DNA of 64,000 nucleotides from a virus (lineage: Duplodnaviria; Caudoviricetes), in IMG/VR virus record IMGVR_UViG_3300028048_000091, positions 1 through 64,000 of that record. One strand, written 5' to 3'. Shown here one piece after another: positions 62,457-64,000 of the stretch; the stretch's first letter is position 1, and each line of letters begins with the position of its first letter. Under the pieces are notes generated by a model. It was not told where the DNA came from and ran no database searches. It was given only the letters and a program-made list of their open reading frames with translations. The position numbers and the translations under genes are program-made.

Positions 62457-63233
62457 TTAAACGGGTAATTTTTCATATATTTCAGGTAATGAAACCCTTG
62501 TAAATGTTCCCCTAATGTCATTGGGGTCATAATTGAATAATTCATTTATCCTAAACCTATATCCATTACCGTTCTTAACCCATGTTATCTCACCTGTGGC
62601 CTTATCCTTTACATAAATGGCATAATATGTCTTGAAACCTAAATTCTTATAGGCATCCTCATATTTCTTACAGAGATTTATCCTGTCTGACTGTACATCA
62701 CTCCTATTGGATTTAAAGAATGAAATTGGCTTAATCTGAATGGCAGATATTCTACCGTCACCCCTTGTTACCTTGATGTCAACACCATATTCTGCATCAA
62801 TCTTTCCATCAAACTTGGAACATTTATATCCCAAATTGGTTAAAAACTTAATGAAATCCCTCTCATTCTGCTGACCATCCCACGTTTCTACAATGATATG
62901 ACATAAGGCATCATAGAAATATACCGACACATCATAGTTTACTTTAATCTTTTCCTCTACAATCTTCTTGTAACGTTCAGCCAATGAAAACAGTTCATCA
63001 TAACTTAATCCTTTCTTTGAAATAGGTAACTCCGAGTGTAATCTACCGTATTCTATATACTTGTTATAGAAATCCTCACAACTTTCTGGTTTCAATACCC
63101 TATATAAATTAGTACAGTTACCAATCCTATTACTTGGTGCGAAATAATTACGCCAAATGGTACTTATTATACTGTTCTTTCCTAATAATGCCTTAGAATT
63201 AAGGCACTCTTCCTTATTAAATAATAATTGCAT
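62457..63233 (-). CDS. MjaI-like restriction endonuclease-fold protein
   Basis: ETWDG..E, D.EYGVDI, IQIKPISF. Confidence 0.6.
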   Translation of the reverse strand: MQLLFNKEECLNSKALLGKNSIISTIWRNYFAPSNRIGNCTNLYRVLKPESCEDFYNKYIEYGRLHSELPISKKGLSYDELFSLAERYKKIVEEKIKVNYDVSVYFYDALCHIIVETWDGQQNERDFIKFLTNLGYKCSKFDGKIDAEYGVDIKVTRGDGRISAIQIKPISFFKSNRSDVQSDRINLCKKYEDAYKNLGFKTYYAIYVKDKATGEITWVKNGNGYRFRINELFNYDPNDIRGTFTRVSLPEIYEKLPV

Positions 63234-63345
63234 TTATGATAAATTTACTTTTATATTTTTATGTCACGTTGCAAAGATACTATTTTTAAACGGAATAGTG
63301 AAAATTTTTTTGAAGTTTTTAATAAAAATATAGTGTTTTTAGAGA

Positions 63346-63370
63346 TAAACTAATATTAAATATTAGTTTA
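63346..63370 (+). promoter_or_regulatory. Palindromic TAT-TAA-ATA element
   Basis: taaactaatat-taa-atattagttta, perfect 11-bp arms, 12 nt before ATG 63383. Confidence 0.5.
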
Positions 63371-63382
63371 ACTGGGAAAATT

Positions 63383-64000
63383 ATGTTAAGAAATAGAATA
63401 TTAATATCAGGTACAAAACAATTACAATTGACTCTGGGAAGTTACTCATATAGTGCAACACCGGCATCAGGCAGTACAACAGTTTATGCATACTATGGAG
63501 GTGTACCAATCACCGATTTAACATCATCAATGGTTTCAAAATCAGGAAATATGTCAAGTGTCTCGGTTAATTCATCAGGAAAAATAACAATGAGTTATGC
63601 TAAAAATACAAGCACAACATCCACGAAAACAGGTACAATGACGCTTACATACCAAGGGCAAACTGTAACATTTACTATAACGCAAGCCAAAGATTACGTA
63701 GCAAGTACAACGTCAAGTACATCTACCGAGGAAGTAAATAGTATTTTTAATACGGGCAGTGTTTCTAGTTGGGCAGTTACAATGACCCAAACATCAAACG
63801 GATATGAAAATAATGCTTTATCCGGTGCTAAATTATATGATGTAAAAGAAACAACTACATATTATAATGTATATGCAAGTGGTAATAAAGTTAAAACAAG
63901 TTCCTCTTCAAAAACAAAAGAGACTGTTACTGCTAATATTCCGGCAGGTTTTTTTACTACTGCCTCAGCACCATCAGGTAGCTACGTTACATTAGTAAGC
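63383..64000 (+). CDS. Ser/Thr-rich Ig/BACON-like putative virion protein (3' partial)
   Basis: Open from ATG 63383 to the window end; NTSTTSTKTGTMTLT...FTITQ BACON-like pattern. Confidence 0.6.
   Translation, partial: MLRNRILISGTKQLQLTLGSYSYSATPASGSTTVYAYYGGVPITDLTSSMVSKSGNMSSVSVNSSGKITMSYAKNTSTTSTKTGTMTLTYQGQTVTFTITQAKDYVASTTSSTSTEEVNSIFNTGSVSSWAVTMTQTSNGYENNALSGAKLYDVKETTTYYNVYASGNKVKTSSSSKTKETVTANIPAGFFTTASAPSGSYVTLVS

Noticed and set aside
59473-63233. Type II restriction-modification pair (MTase plus MjaI-like nuclease)
   Set aside because: They are separated by several unrelated genes and a promoter; no evidence of a cognate pair
1-64000. Stop-codon reassignment (TAG to Gln) as in Lak and some crAss phages
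   Set aside because: Known enzymes are full length in the standard code, coding density is high, and TAG terminates several genes cleanly
1-64000. DGR reverse transcriptase or template repeat in the window
   Set aside because: No ORF with RT motifs and no AAY-rich copy of the VRs found by eye; none of the three copies has A at all variable positions
1-64000. CRISPR array or Cas12 effector
   Set aside because: No regularly spaced repeats; the RuvC proteins are ~420 aa TnpBs in IS contexts, and the Cas4-like nuclease is a solitary phage exonuclease

Overview
AT-rich, gene-dense segment of a large (jumbo/mega-type) dsDNA phage infecting Bacteroidota. About 20 copies of the Bacteroidetes primary-sigma promoter (TTTG/TTGG-N~20-TAnnTTTG) head the operons, and the standard genetic code fits. 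Genes run + up to ~22.5 kb and - afterwards, with isolated opposite-strand islands of virion-like genes. Content: three DNA methyltransferases, two radical-SAM enzymes, an RNA/tRNA repair kit (PTH2-like, HD-kinase, phosphoesterases, two RNA ligases, NTase, Thg1), SSB, exonuclease, OmpA, homing endonucleases, IS607 and IS605-family TnpB elements and arrays of shuffled small paralogs. Highlights: (1) three dispersed DGR-type variable regions that can be explained by one adenine-rich template, plus a fourth unrelated VR-like gene, with no RT or template seen in the window; (2) a SAM-control locus in which a SAM-II riboswitch-led metK lies next to a T3-SAMase-like gene; (3) a Thg1-acyl carrier protein fusion; (4) an orphan TnpB omega-RNA-like element; (5) a tRNA-like RNA with an expanded centre; (6) a covarying palindrome upstream of several genes. 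All assignments come from reading motifs by eye, without database searches.
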